Shown piece by piece: positions 46,964-61,300 of a stretch of DNA of 64,000 bases; within the stretch, counting starts at the first letter, position 1, and every line of letters starts with the position of its first letter. The stretch covers positions 558,001-622,000 of the forward strand of contig RSEE01000029.1 of NCBI GenBank assembly GCA_003971905.1. Direction: 5' to 3'. The stretch comes from Moniliella sp. 'wahieum'. Its lineage: Eukaryota. The notes under the pieces are model-generated. The model had not been told where the DNA came from and did no database searches. It saw only the letters and a list, made by a program, of their open reading frames with translations. The position numbers and the translations under genes were made by a program.

Positions 46964-49900
46964 CTAGTTTAGGCTCTCAGTATCGAGTACGTCGCTCCTT
47001 GTGCTCGACATGGCCGCGCTTGGCTGCTGGTCAAACGCTTTGCGCTTGCGCGAAGCGTGTTTTTGGTGCTGCCGATGCGCCCGTCTCCTGGCTGCTTGAG
47101 CCGGGTCAGTGATGCTTTGCATCCGCACCGCATTCTTCCTCCCCCGGCGCTTGGCTCACCTTCTTGCGGAGATCGGCGAGGACAGTGGTAAATGCAGCTG
47201 CCCCAGCTTTTACCGTGTTGCCTTCTGCAGCTCGCTCGCGGCCGCACGAATGTCCACTGCAATACTCAGGTCAGTTCCAATGCTTCTACGCGTGGGGTGG
47301 GACGTACTGTTCGACTGCCAGTCCGATACTTGAACGAAGCTTCGTCCAGGAAGAGCGAGGTGGGATGGATCAGGTGCGGCAAGTACCGTCCCACGTCCTC
47401 CTCAGAGATGGCTTGGAGTGCATCGAGTAGCGCCCCAAAGAGAACGACAGCCTGGCGAGAGATGTTGTCCTTGTCCGATCCAAAGCGGTTCCATTGAGGC
47501 AACAAGTTACGCAGTCCAAACGATAGCCGGCTGAACCACCAGGCCAGAGGGGACTTCCGATGCGCGTGGTGCGTCCTCTTGTTCGTCTCCTCGAGGGACT
47601 CGGGCTCTTCAACCTCTTCCTTCTCCGCCTCCTCCGGGGCCTCGGGCTCTTCAGCCGCTTCCTTCTCCGCCTCCTTGGAATTGGTCTCGTCCTCGTCACT
47701 AGACTCTTCCATCTCATCTTCGGTATCAGCCTCCACATCCGACTTCCTCTTTTAGCTCCGTATCTCCTCGGCATCCACCGTCGCACCACTCTTGTAAAGC
47801 AAGGTCGCGACTGGGCCAAACACGTGCGGTAAACGCTACCCAGCTCTTGAGTCAAAAAGGGGAGGATGAGGGAGTGGGTGAGCATACGGGTAGCTTCCAA
47901 GAGCGACTGAGCTGCTGAAAGAACCTGCTGCTTGGCCTGACACCTTCATCGAGCGAAGCCAAGGCATCCGAGAGCAGGTGGGACAAGAAGGTACATGCCG
48001 TTTGGTCGATGGAGCGAATGGGGCTCGCCACGCACAGCATCAATGCGTCCCACAGCTGCGATCCGGCAAACTGATGCAAGCTCGCAAGCGGCACACCTTG
48101 TCGCGGCCCCACCGTCCCAATCAACACAAGGGCATGCGACGTGGCCAATGCTGCGTCGGGGTTGCCGGATTGCGCTTCCTCGGCCTCGGCGACCAGAGTG
48201 GCCGCCGCACTGCGCAATGCCTGACCCAGCCATTCTGGCTGCTCCCCCGGTGCGAGATTCTTGGCAGCAACGAGGTAGCAGAGCATCCCCAGCTTGGCCA
48301 CATTGGGCTTGTCGGTCTGCTTGGCCCAGTTTTGGACGCAGGAGAAGCGTGGCAAACTTGTCCTCGGGCACAGCAGCCAACAGATCCTGCAGAAGCCTGG
48401 TCGACGTTTCCCGCACTTTGACGGAATCGTCGTTGGCACTCGCATGACAAGGGCAATGAAGAGCGAGTCAATGGAGCCGGCTAATGCGCCCGCATTGAAC
48501 TTGGCCACCACAGCCCGCAGCAGTTCCAGCACTGACAGCCGGCCAGCCTCAAACTCATAGCTCAAGTTGCTGATGAGGAAGCTGAGTTGGTTGGCGTGTC
48601 GAGCCTTGCCGTGGGGGTAGTCCAACAGGAACTTGAGATAAAGCGAGCGGCAGGCGTCCCGTACATGCCCCGTCTGGTTGGTCACAAGCACCTTGCCACT
48701 CGTCCATCACGTCGTAAATGATGGGCACTACGACCTGTTTGTCGAGCAACACGGAGCAAGGAAAACAGCGCCGATTGCACAGCCGGTTCTTCCAAGTCCG
48801 TCTTGGTCCATTCGAGCAGCTGGACCAGCTGTGCCTTCAGACCATGCTCTTGCTCATGCCTCATGTCGGGGATCTCCCGTAGCAAAGCACTGACCAACTT
48901 GAGTGCAAACTGAGATAGCTCAGCATGGAGGCCTCCATTGTGCTTGATCAGCTGCATCCCTGATCGATCAGGACGTGCACCCGGGACTGGCCCTCCTCCC
49001 CGGCAGAGAGCGCCGGCAGATCCATCCGTGCAAAGGCCGTCATGGCCGCAAGCTGCTTTCGACGATGGAGCTTTCAGAGGCGTATAGGGTGTTACCCACT
49101 GGATCGACAAGGCTGTTGAGACGGGAACGGTCCTCATCTTGGTCCAAATCCCATCGGCTCTTCTTGAGGTTGATCAGGAGGAGGTCCAAGCCGAGACTGA
49201 CAAAAAAGTGCGCGTTCATAGACCAGGCCTCTTGAACCGAGGCATTATCCGACTCCACTTCCTTGCGCTTGCGCATCGTAATCAGGCTCGGCCGCTCCCG
49301 CTCCGCGTTCCACCCTTTACCCGTAGGCACCGCTTCCTGGCTGAGGGAGGATGACTCCGTGATAAGCGAATAGCACAGCGTGGCCATCTCAGCTTTGCTG
49401 ATATGTGTGTTCTCAGCTAGCCCAGAGGCCAGGTGGCGAAAATGGTGTGGAATGTGGTCTTGACGTTGGGCATGGGCAGTTGCATCTGTTCTCGCAGAGG
49501 GAGAAGCAAGTCTCTTAAAGCCGGTCCCGCACAATACTTGGCCAAGAGTTCAACAGTGTTGATGCTCTTGCTCCGTTTCATCTCGCGCTGCTTGAGCTTG
49601 CCCTCGGCGGTCACTCGGTCTTCAGCACCCGGCCAAACATGTCTTCCCTGGCAACCGACATGATGAGAGCTACCGTTTCGGGCGGGATAGGGAGGGGGGT
49701 CACGCTCGACAGAGTGGAACAGAATGTCATGCACAACAAATGCCGCGGTCGCCTTCTGCGCATCTCGCGTGAGCATAGTCTGCAGCGTCTGAACCATGGG
49801 GTAAAGGGCTTCCGGACCAAACGCATCTTGGACTTTGAGCAGCATCTCGCGTCCCATGTCCCGGGTTGTCTGCGCGCGGGCACGCAACACGTTGGCCAAG

Positions 49901-52900
49901 GAACGGTAAAGACGAATGGACATTTGCGCGCGCTCGTTAGACGGGAGTTTCTGCGCAATGTACACCACTCCCATCGCGATTGGAATCCGGGTGTCATCGT
50001 CGGATTCCTTACCCGGTTCCATGTAGGCCAACAGGGTAGGGATCAACTTGCCCGTCACACGGGACAAAATCGTGGTCCGTGCTGCGCCCCCTGACTTGGC
50101 CACCGCTTTGGGTTCGTCCACGTCCATCTTGTCCTCCTTGTCTTCCTCCTCTTCCTTCCTCTGCGCCCTGCCCCCCGATTCATCGCCTTCATCATCCGTC
50201 AACTGGAAGGGGAAGCGTTGGAGAATGGCAACGATGAGCCTGACCATGATCCGCTCCTCCTTCGAGCGCTCCTTGACTTGGACAGGTAGCCGGAGAGGAA
50301 GTGATAATAGGAGCGCCAGTCCAGCCTGCCACTAAGGCCGATAGAGCGTTGAGGGAAGAGTCGAGTAGGGCAGTAGCCCCCTCGGTGGCTTCAGTGAAAA
50401 TCTTCCGCACGATGGGGAGGAGATATGCTTTGATTGCTGCAGGGGAGAAAAGGCGGGAGTCGGTGAAGCCGGCGAGACGGTTGAGGGCACGGTTGCGACG
50501 ATGTCTGGATATGATAGACGTTCTCGAAGAAGGATGCCTCGTCGTCCCCGTTGGCGCGCAGCGGACGCAGTTCGACCAATTCCGACAAATTCGACCTTGT
50601 CCACAAGAGTGGAGAGGAGCCTGAGACCCTCAGTGCGCACCAATTCGTTGTTTGACACACCTGCTTTCTTGACTGCTGGAATGACGTATGCGAGGAGCAG
50701 GCGCGCCGCTTCGCTTTCTCTCCCTCCTCCGCGGCAACGGCAATAAACTTGCGTAGAAGATTCGACGCGTTAGAGCGTACCGCCATATCATCATCTTGCA
50801 GAAGGTTGCTGCATTGGCCAGAAGAAGGAGCTGCTCAAACGTCTGCAACTCGGACCAGTCCAACTCATCAAGTTTGTCGAATGCGTCCAGACGTCGATCA
50901 ATGTCAATCTCGTCGAGGAGCTTGGGGTCGTACGCATTCAGGTCGCTCACCAGACTGGCAACGGGAGCCAGCTCTCGTCCACCGCTGCCCAGGAGGACAA
51001 GGTGGTACACGCGGCAGTGCGCAGTGAGGGAAGACGAGCGTCCATGAATGTCTGGGCCAGAAGCGTGATGAAGGAGCCAGGCGAAAGGGCGTTGTCGAGT
51101 CGAGTACCACCTTGTCCGTGGGCAACTTGGCCAGAAGACCAGAGAGGATAGATAGGACCTGAGCCTTCAGTCGTTCGTTACGACCCAAGCTTCCTGCTGT
51201 CACGAGGGCAACGAGCGCATCAAAGAGAAGCGTTGCATCGGCCGCGTCAATCTCGAAGTTGGTGGCTAATTTGATGAGCTGTTGAGTGGCACGGAGCAGA
51301 ATCTGGTGCTTTCCCTCGGCCGCATGTTTGCCTTGGTTGGCACACCACGCTGCCACATCCCGGGTAAAGAGGGTAGCAACTGATCCCACCAACGCGGAAA
51401 GTACCATCCCGGTCTGATTCGTCCTCGTCCGCTGCGGGCAGAGCAAGGTCAGTCAAATTCTCCATCACGGCCAGTACCACGCCACCGGCTCTCTTGACAG
51501 CCGGTGCAGCGAGGAGCGCGAAAAGTTGCGGTAGAGTGGCCTCGTCGGCACCCAACCAGGATGCCAGCTCTGAGCTCTTAGACCAGAGAGGAAGAGGGTG
51601 TGCAGCGCGCCCACCGAGTCAGCACCCTCGCGAGGCAGGTCCTTCAGTCGAGGGCTGACCAGCTCGGAATGATACTGGCTTGAAGGGCGACCAGTCGTAC
51701 CGCATCTCATCCACTGGAGTGTGAAGAGGTCGTTAAGCCTGCGCAAGCCCAGCTGGCGAAGCGCACGTGGGCCGGAGCTCGCCCCTCCCTCGTCCTTGGC
51801 AATCGCGGCCGAACGGGCGGCTTGAACAGTAATAGTCACCAGCAGACCGACCACCTCCTTCCAGTACGGGCCCAAACTGAGACGGAGGTAGCGCAGGACA
51901 TCGGCCAGAGCCGCGAGGAAGCCGCGCTGCTGTCGTGGAGAGGCCCCCAATGGACTAGGAGACGGACGGAAGCTTCCTGCCGTCCCGGTGAAATCAAGTT
52001 GGGCCACATCCGCCTTGAAAGGCACAGTCATCAAGTCAAAGAACGGTCGCAGTTCTTCCGGTAGACACCTGGCCAAGCTATTAAGCATGGCGATCCTCCG
52101 CGACTTGTAGCCAGACTTATTGCGGCGGCCGGTGGTAGCCGTTATCTGGCCAAAAAAGATATGCTCAACGACGGGTAGGACCATGCCACGGTGTGCCAGA
52201 TCGATTTGCCCAGCGTCTGGGGCAAGGTCGAACTTGGCCAGCTCATCACGTTGGCTGCTTTTACCCAACAAGTTCTCCAGAGACTTGGTGTACGTCGTCA
52301 GCTCAACCTCGCGGTAGGCTAGGAGGGCAGCCAAAGCACCCATTTGCACTTCCGCGTCTTTAGCCGCACAGCTTTCGAGGAACGCACTGCGCAGCTCAGA
52401 CGAACGATCGACCTTGCGCAGGTGGGGCATGCGAGAGAAGACCTTGAGCAGAGATACGTAGGTGTTTGTCCTCTGCTTCTGCCCAAGTCCAGTCCAGAGG
52501 GTTTCATGCGGGGTAGCGTAGACAGACTCGACGAGGTCACCCTTGACTTGGAAAAGAGCTGAACCATGGGCTTGTTGTTCTGCTGAACGGCTTGAGGGAT
52601 GAGAGCAAGAAGTGAAAGGATCTGCAGGCGGTAGTTCGGTAGGTCAAGACGGCCATCGGGGCGGACACTTCCGTAACTGAGTCCTCCGAAAGCGCAGCGT
52701 CGACGCTCTTCTCGCGGGCGACGAGGAAGGGATCAACCCACTCCTTGGGAGGTTGGGGAACACCCGTCTCAGCAGGGAAAAGCTCTTGCGGAATCGCCGA
52801 ATCGAGGGATGGGGTGGTTGGCGCCACTGGGCCTGCCATCTCGCGTGTTGGGGGAGGCGCAATGAGCCGGCGCGGTCAGCTCCTGATACGCCACGCCGAA

Positions 52901-55787
52901 ACCAAGTCAGGTACCGCATTCGCCACATCGGCGAGGGCCGTGTTGGCTTCCTTCCATAAGGGGCGGAGGTTGATCTTGAGTGTAGACACAAGCGCATCGA
53001 CAATCATCTTCCTTGCCTCAGCACTGCCCTCCAGTGCTGTGCGTCCCAAAGCCTTGATCTTGACTTGGCGGTTGCGCACAAGTTCGGCCTGGAGGGGATC
53101 TGCTCCATGTCCCGCAGCTCTTCCGCCAAGTGTTCCAAATCGCCAAGAGGGCTAAAAAGTAGGACCTCCCAGCGGCGGAGCGGATGCTGACGTCCGAGGC
53201 CATGGCCAGCGGGCGCAAGGCTGCGTATGTCACTTTTTCCTTAAACGCTTGCGGCAACTTGGGAGCCAAGCCTTGCCCTTGGAGGGCAATCAGCAAGTCG
53301 CGGAAAGCAAGGAAGAGCCGAGTATCGCCAGGTCCGGATTCAAGGGCAAGCTCGTAGCACTGTGGAATGAAGGATGAGGATGAGAGGGCACTAAGCTCCA
53401 CCCCCTCGACACGCTTGAACTCGATGTTACTCACAGCAGCCCCGAGGTGTGGGAGAAGGCCGGTGATGGCATCCCTATTTTCGGCAGAGACTGCACAGGC
53501 GACCAGCCTGTCTAGGACAGTGACCAATGACGGGTTACTGTTCACCAGTGCTGCGCCGAGTTGGGCAGCTGGGAGCAAGCCTACCCGAACTGAGGGATCC
53601 GACAGGTCTGCAGCCACGTAGCCCTCGAGAACAATGAGGACATACTTGGCCATAGTACGAACGAAACGGGCGGTGTTTGGGTTCGGAGTGGTGGGATGGA
53701 GGAGCGAATCGAGTTGCCCAGTTGGCATCAGCTTGGACAAGAGAAGAAGAACGTGGTGGTTGTGCGCCTCGTCATCATTGCTGGATAGCTGGAGCGCTCG
53801 TTTTGTAATGACCGGCAGAGCGAATTGGGAAACTAGTATACTCATTCACGGGGTCGGCGAGAGCAGCGAGGAGAGGAAGCAGTGCGTTGTCTGAGCCTGC
53901 GAGCGCGTCGAAAAATTTAACCACCACGGTCATCTGCTCCTGTATCCGGCCCGTCGGGATTAGGAAGACGGCGAGTTTGATGAGGGTGGTGCGGAGCGGG
54001 TCCTCAGCTTCCGTAGTGCGGTGGCGAGAGGCGCCAACATAGCGAAGAGGGGTGTCTTAATTGAGTCTAAGAATGGGTCAGTTAGTTGAATTTGGGAATG
54101 GACTCGAACGTACCATCAACGTTTGCCTTTACGGATGCCACGCAGACGCACAAAGCCTGGGCTGCGGAAACAACCTCATCAGAGGCGGCGCCACTCGTGT
54201 TGAACTCGGTGAGGGTACGGAGGAGGCGATCCAGGGTAAGCTGGATCAACTCGGTAAAAAACTTCGCCTTGGTTTCGTGTCCTAGGTTGGCAAGCATTAA
54301 GCGGGAGACAAGCGAACGGACGTCTGCATAACCCGAATGCGGCGCTGGGTCGAGCATGGTGGACGCGATGCCCACGGCATTAGTATTCAAGCCGTCGTCA
54401 ACCGACTGCAGCTGGTCAGCATCTGAAGCAGAACACGAAGAAAACAACATACCTTGCAAGCGTCTGCCCAAGCACCCGCAATGCCACGGGCAAAGGTAAG
54501 AATATTCCGGACTACCCTCCTTCCGGCTGCACTTGTTTCCCCCTGCTCCCCGCGGGCCGCAAGCATCTCGTTCAAGTCGGCCAGCATAAGTGACGCCAGA
54601 GTAGCGTTGCGGGACTTGACCACGTTGGCGGCACGGTCAGACATGGCTAGTTGATCCCCGATCCGAATAGGTGCGCGAGAGCTTCACTAGAAAAGCGACG
54701 AACGTGCGGGCTGACCTTAACCTTGCGAGCGAGATAAGAATGCGTCCGTTTCTCCTCCTCAGCGTCGTCCTCTTCTTCGTCGTCATCGTCATCATCCTCT
54801 TGTAGATCCTCCTCCTCCCCATCATTCTCCTCCTCCTCCTCGTCATCGCCACGGGCTGGCAAGGTTGTGTAGCGGGTCCAGTCGGGGGAGGGGGAACAAA
54901 TCCGAGGTACTGTCTCAAGATGCGCCAAGTGCCGGCACGACATTGGTCTGCGCTAGGCTCGGTGGATCGCAGCATCCACGGCCCCATGATCTTCAAGAGC
55001 GCTGTGGCGCACACAAACGCGCGCTCAACCAGATCGGCTGCAGCCGCTTCGTCGCCTTCTGTCCAAGTTTTCTGAACCTGACCGGCGAGGCTGAGGGCAG
55101 CCTCAAGCGCAGCAGGGTAGAGCGGGGCAAACTCTTCGCCACCGCCCAAATCAAGGGCCAAACGAGGAAAGAGGTCCAGACCAGTGTCAAAGCCATGGCG
55201 ATGGCCCGACCCCTTTCTCCGGGTGCCAGGTTTCCCACATCAGGGGGAGCGAGGAGGGTGAGCAAGGCTTGGCTAATTTCCTCGCGATGGTGAAGAAGGA
55301 GCGGGAGACTGCCGCTCCATGGGGTAACCAGGCACTGAATTCGGAAAATGCAACCGAGAGGTTCAGTTCGGCCCATCCGGCCAGAGCGGCGCCAAAGCGG
55401 GTGGATACATGTCGTCTGTGTCCGGCGGGGCGGTGAGCGGATCCAGGCCGGCGGTTGGGCGCGAAGTTGCGCCGGTGAAGCGGTCGAGCTTAATGTTGGC
55501 GAGGCGGTGGTTGAAGGAACGGTAGCGGTGGACACGAGCCAGGCTCTGATCGTCCTGGGACGCATGCGAGGGAGCCTGGGGCTTGGGCTGGCCAAGATGC
55601 GGTCGGCACGCAAGGCAGCCGAAGGCCCGGCGTGGCGCTTGGCTGCGTACCCGCCGCGCGCGGCGGCCGCCTTGGCGCGGGCCTGCTGCTCGGCCTGGAG
55701 TTGCTTGGCAAACGCAGCCTGGCGCGTCTTCTTCTTGCCCGCGTCCCGGCCCTTGGAAGCTGCCTTCTGGCCCTTCTGCACGGCCAT
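46964..55787 (-). CDS. UTP20: U3 snoRNP / SSU processome HEAT-repeat protein Utp20, fragmented by indels
   Basis: About 8.8 kb gene with SLPLLLHHREEI, VQMGALAALLAYR..LENLL..QRDEL, RQQRGFL, DLNAY...LDEIDIDRRLDAF, SFFENVYHIQ, RIPIAMG, LANVLRARAQTTRD, FLLDYP, QLSFLISNLSYEFEAGRLSVLELL and a basic C-terminus. Confidence 0.93.
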
Positions 55788-56058
55788 GGTGGGGGTCGCG
55801 GTGGTGTGGGTGGTGGTGATGGGGGGGCTGGCTGGAGACGGAGACGGCTGCTGCTGGAGCGGCGATGTCGAAGAAAAAAATTTAAACACGCCCCAGCGGC
55901 CGCTGCTCGTTTCAACGTTCAAATCGGCGGCCACCACCCGCTTTGCACCGACACCCCCCACGTGACGTCGCACGCAGGAATGCAGCATTCCGCCCGATTG
56001 CTTTTTTTTTCTGTAAAGCACCCTCGCTCAGTCTGCCATAGCCCTCCACCCATCCGCC
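55788..56058. promoter_or_regulatory. Short bidirectional promoter shared by UTP20 and KRI1
   Basis: 271 bp between divergent ATGs. Contains RRPE-like GAAAAAAATTT (~55873-55883), CACGTGAC (~55959) and a poly-T tract (~56002-56011). Confidence 0.6.
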
Positions 56059-58239
56059 ATGGCCAAGAAGGAACTGCTGGCCTCCGACTCGTCCGACTCG
56101 GACGCCGAGGTGGGCTTTACGATCAACAAGGAGTACGCCAAGAAGCACCAGCACCAGCAGGAGCTTGCCGAGCGGTTCCGTCTGGAGGCCAAGTACGGCA
56201 AGCAACCCGCCGCAGACCTGTCCGAGTCCGAGTCCGACTCGGAGGGGACGACGGAGGATGAAGACGGGGAGCAGGTCACGGCCGATGTGGATGCCGCCAT
56301 CCTACGCACGCTCATCAAGATCCGAAGGGGCGACAAGGATGTGTACGACCCTTCTGTCCGCCTGTTCGATCGGGAGCGGCAGAGCCTTGGCCCTGCCCCG
56401 ACCTCGGCCCAGCCTGCCCGAGGCAAAAAGCTCACGCTCGCCGCCATGCAGCGGGAGCGCTTCCGCGAACTGGCGACAGATGAGGCGCATGCTGCTGAAC
56501 GTCTGGCCGAGGCAAGCATCCACCCTAGCAAGCGTCTCGGAGATGAGGCCAAGCCGGCTCCGCCCACGCACGCACAGGAGGAGGAGGCGCTGCGGCGTGA
56601 AACTCGCTGCCTTCCATGCGCCCCTTGAGGATGAGGGAGAAGATGGGCTGTTCACCAAGCGCACTCATGAGGAAGGTGGGAGCTACCGTGACTATCTTCT
56701 TGAGGCCTTGGGGGGCGACCAGGCCGCTGTCGATGCGGCGTGTGAAAGAGCGCGTCGAGGAAGCACAGCGGGTTATTGTGCCTCTGGAATCCGGGAGGGA
56801 GACGAGGAGTCCAGTGCGCCTGCTGCCAACCAGGCGGAAAAGACCAGGAGTTCCTCATGAACTATATCTTGAACCGGGGGTGGGTGGAGAAGGCGACTTC
56901 AAGGGACTGGGATGCTGAGGCAGCCGAACTCGAGTCGGATGCGTCTTTGCCTCCCATGCGGACGAGTGGGAAAATGAGTTCAACATGCGGTATGAGAATG
57001 GGGACGGGACGGCGGTGCCCACGTTTAGCCGGAATGCGGCCGCTGTTAACTCGGTGCGGAGGGAGGAGAGCAAGCGCAAGCGCCAACGTGAGGAACGCAA
57101 CGCTCGCAAAGCCGCCGAGAAGCAAGAGCGGATGCAGGAGATTGAACGTTTGCAGCATCTCAAACGCAAACAGATTCTTGAGCGGGTGGAACAGTTGCGT
57201 CTTGCCACTGGAAACCAGAACATTAATGTCGAAGATTTGGATCTCGAGGGTGAGTTTGACCCGAGCGCCCACGACAAGGCGATGGACAAGGCATTTGACG
57301 AGGCGTATTATGAGGAGGAGAGCCTGCGGAAGGAGGGCTCACGTTCGATGCCGATGGGAAACCGGTATGGGAGGACGACATTGATATTGGGGATTCTGCG
57401 GGAAGAGGAAGAGTACGAGCGTGCGCACACCTAAGGAGCGCCGCCAGCAGGCCAAGGCGGACAAGAAGAGTAAGAAGGAGAGTAAAAAGGCGGGACAAAC
57501 TGCCGCTGCGCTGGATCTGAGGGGGAGGGCTACGAGGGCGAAGACGAGCGTATCGAGATGGACGCTGACTTTGTCGGTAGTGCCGCACCTACGGCGGATT
57601 CAGCGAACTTGTCCAAGAAGGAGCGCAAGAAGCTCAAGAAAAAGGCCAAGAAGGAAGAAAAGCAGGCCGCGCGCCAATCCCATCCGACGAGGCAGGGGTG
57701 GATGAGGACGAGATGGATGCAGACCGTCAACCGTCCAAGCCCATGCCACAGACGGAGGAGGACCTCGCTGGCCTTTCCCCCGAGGAGAGGAAGAAGGCCA
57801 TCAGCCGGATGCTGGATGAGTACTACCAGACCGGAGCGGAAGACGTGATTGGGGGCATGCCCACACGGTTCAAGTATGTGGAGGTACCCAAGGGTTCATA
57901 TGGTATGTCGGCCGTTGAGATTCTGTTGGCGGACGATAAGGATTTGAACGAGGTGGTGGGCGTCAAGCATCTTCAACCCTACCGTCGCGAGATTGGCAAG
58001 TCGACCCGCCCCCAGTTCCTCAGCCGCAAGCTGAAGGACTTCCGCCAAAACCTTGCGACGCGGTACGACGATGGCTCCGGTCTGGGGGTGCCTTCTCTAA
58101 GGCCACCACCTCGACCCACAACGAGGACGAGGGTACGGGGGAGAAGAAGAAGCGCAAGGGAAAGAAACAGCGCGAGCTGGAGAAGAAGCGCAAGGCCGAG
58201 CAAGATGAAGCGCGGCCCGAGAAGAAGTCCAAGCACTAG
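56059..58239 (+). CDS. KRI1: 40S ribosome biogenesis protein Kri1, fragmented by indels
   Basis: FTINKEYAKK, DVDAAILRTLIKIR, PTHAQEEEALRRE, QEFLMNYILNRGW, SVRREESKRKRQREER, DLEGEFDPSAHDKAM, EDVIGGMPTRFKY and EILLADDKDLNEVVGVKHLQPYR. Confidence 0.95.
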
Positions 58240-58333
58240 ATGCGATGTAGGCTTCTCCGAACAGCGATTATTTCGCCTATGCATTTGTGTTCCTATAAAA
58301 GTGTGTGGAGAGTCATGCAATGCGAGTTGATTT

Positions 58334-61300
58334 CTACTGTCCGATCTGGGCGTGCATCCCATAGACCACCTCACGCACCGCGACCAAGTCCTGACCTACA
58401 TTGCCCTCAACAATGATCTGGGGCGCATGCTCCGACGCTTCGTCGCCACCAGCCTTGCGAATTGTCACGGCCTCGGCCCGAGCCGAAGTACTGGTAGAAC
58501 GGTTGTTGCGCCAGCCGGCGACCAAGAGTCCGTCTCCAGCAAACTCGGCCGGCACACGGGAACGAGCGAGACGTGCCTTGAGCGCAGAGAGACGTAGGTC
58601 CCGATCAGCATCGTGACGGCACTCGTGAAGGGGCCAGCTTGATTTGAACGCTGGACTCGTCCTTCTCCTCGTCCTTAACCTCAGCGGTAGTAGACGGCTT
58701 GGCGTCATCAGGTGCGTCCTCTGGCTTTTCCTGCTTGGACGGTTGCTCCGCTCCTGCAGAGGAAACAACCTTGGGTTCGGCGCTGTTTTCGCCTTCCCCC
58801 TTGTCCTCGGTCTTGCCCTCAGTTTCGTCCTCAGCTTTGTCCTCAGTCTTGTCCTCAGTCTTGTCCTCAGTCTTGTCCTCAGTCTTATCCTCAGTCTTTC
58901 CCTCCTTATCCTGAGCGTTCGGCTGGGGTTCAGCCGGGTTCTCAGCCTCTGTTCCCGCCGGCTCCTTGTTCTCCTCGCCCTCTTGCACAGCTTCGTCATC
59001 TTCGATCCAAGCGAGGCTAGGCAGTCCATTGCGGGGTTGGTCCGGCCCACCCAGCGGGCGGTAAGACGAGCTAGTTCGTAGTCTTCAAACCTTGACCATT
59101 TGAGGTGGCCGAGCAGGCGGTTCTGAAGGTTGACACTCAAGCTCTTGGTGAGGCCATCGTCGGCGCTGGTCGTGATCACCGTTTGGGCCCCAAGAGGAGG
59201 TGCCCAGATATGGCGTGTCATTCCCTTGATGGCCAAAAGCGTGTCGCGCACTTCGGAGCGTGTAGACGCATCTCCACCAACCAAAACCAGCCGGCGCGGC
59301 TGCAGCTGCGGCAAGAGGTACGCCAACGCCTTGCCATCTCCCAGCCCAGCATTATCCACGTATCCAACCTGGCACACGAGCCGGAGCGGACAATCGTACT
59401 GCGTCCCATACTTGGCCGGCGCAAACTTCTTCGCTCTGGCCTTGGCAGCGGCACGTTTGCGTTCTTCTTCTTCGCGTGCGCGCAGTCGTTCCAGCCGAGC
59501 CAGTTCGCGGCTATCGGTCGGCTGACCTGACAGCTCCTCTGCCCGTTTGATCCAGCGCGACTTGTCGATCAATTCGCCGTACGCATCCATCCGCCTGCGT
59601 TTCTCCACGGTAGGTACCATGCGGTACCGCACCCCTGCCGCGCCCCCCGCACGACCCGACCAAAAGGAGACAATCTTGCCGGCCTCACCACGAACATACA
59701 CGTCCGAAACGAGGTCTCGTACCGAATCCTTGACCAGCGCCTGACTTGCCCGCCGTTTCTGGGGCACTACACCCACCGACGGCTGGTCCAGGTCACCCGC
59801 CAATGGCTCTGGTGTCGCCTCACCCTCCGCGTCCGAACCGGACGAATCCGAGTCGGATGCTTCCTCCTCCTTCTCTGCTTGCATCCGACGCCGGGAGCGA
59901 GCAACAAGCGAACGGCGCTGCGCTGCCTTGGCACGCGCTGCAGCCAGCGCTTCCTCGTACGCGGTCAGCTCAGCACCCCGCAACTTGATGCGAGAATACA
60001 CGTCCACATGGAGCGTGAACTCGCTGGTTGGGACGGGAGCACCCAAGGGGGGAGGCACAGCGTCTGACTCGAGGGGCAGAGCAGAGTCCTGGCCTAAAGC
60101 CACTGGCGTGCCTAACACGCCCTTTCCCCACTTGGCTTCCGGTCGCTGCCGCTTCTCCCATTCGTCCCAAAGCGCACGCAGGGGCGAGTGTGCTTCCCCC
60201 CGCGCAGTGAGCAGGATTAGGTCGCGGGTATCGCCAGCAGCTGAAAAGCGGGTGATGAGTTCCAGCGCGGGCCCATGGAAGCCAGATTGATGCACAGCCA
60301 GCACAACTTTCGGTAGACCGGGTGGCAGTTCTTCTGCATTGCCGCCACTGGGGGAACACGCGCACATTTCTAAAAAGAAAAAAAAGAGTCAGTCCTTTCT
60401 CTCTATCCACCCTGTGCAGGAAGGTGGGACGTACTTGAAATCCAGTGGAGACGACACAGCGTCCTTCTGGAGTTGGTGTTTGGACTTGGGTTACTCTCGT
60501 CGTGGCGGTCGGTTGATGCCCATTCCCTTGTAGTCCATTCCATCAGCGTCCGTGCCCGTTCCAGTGTTTCCGCTCCCGAGGGAGAGACGAAAGCAAAGGT
60601 GAGGTCGGGGGCCCGAGGCACCCCAAGCACGGTTGTCGTACGTGGTAGCCCAATGCTGGTCGAACAGCACGAGCAGCTCCATCGTCCGTGCCGAAGGGTC
60701 GACGGGAAGGATGACACTCCACTCGGTTGACAGCGTCGGTGACCCAGCCCAGCAATGCCGAGTCTCGCTCCTTGCGTTTGAGGTTGGTGATCCGTCCTCT
60801 GCCGATTGAGGTGACCAGAACGTCGGCGCGGAAGAGCTCAGCGCCTTTGGAAGCATCTCCCGAGTGGGGCATGAGAGCGGCCCCATCCAAATGGCGCTCG
60901 CGGTTATGATTCCAGTCGAGAGCAAAGAGGATGGTGCCCTGGTCGGGAGAGCGGAGTTTCCATAGAGCGCCACCCAGCGAGTGGCCCGCATTGTACGCCG
61001 TTAGCGTCGTTCCGCCAGCCCCTCAGAAGAGAAACGATGGGGCTGGAGGAATCGGAGCGCGTGATATGATCAAATGTCTCGTCCACCTGTTGCTCGTTGG
61101 CACACGCAGCCGTCGTCCACTCGCTGCTACACGTGTTCGCACCTCAGCCACGTGCACCCTGCTGGATCGCGCTGGGCAGTGATGGTAGAAAGAGCCTGGG
61201 CATGGAGCCAAGCCTCCTCGGCGTCAGGGTCAACGTTCGGCCAGTGCGGGGGAACATCCTCCTTTTTCGCACTGAGCGCACCGGGTACGCCCCGCTCAAT

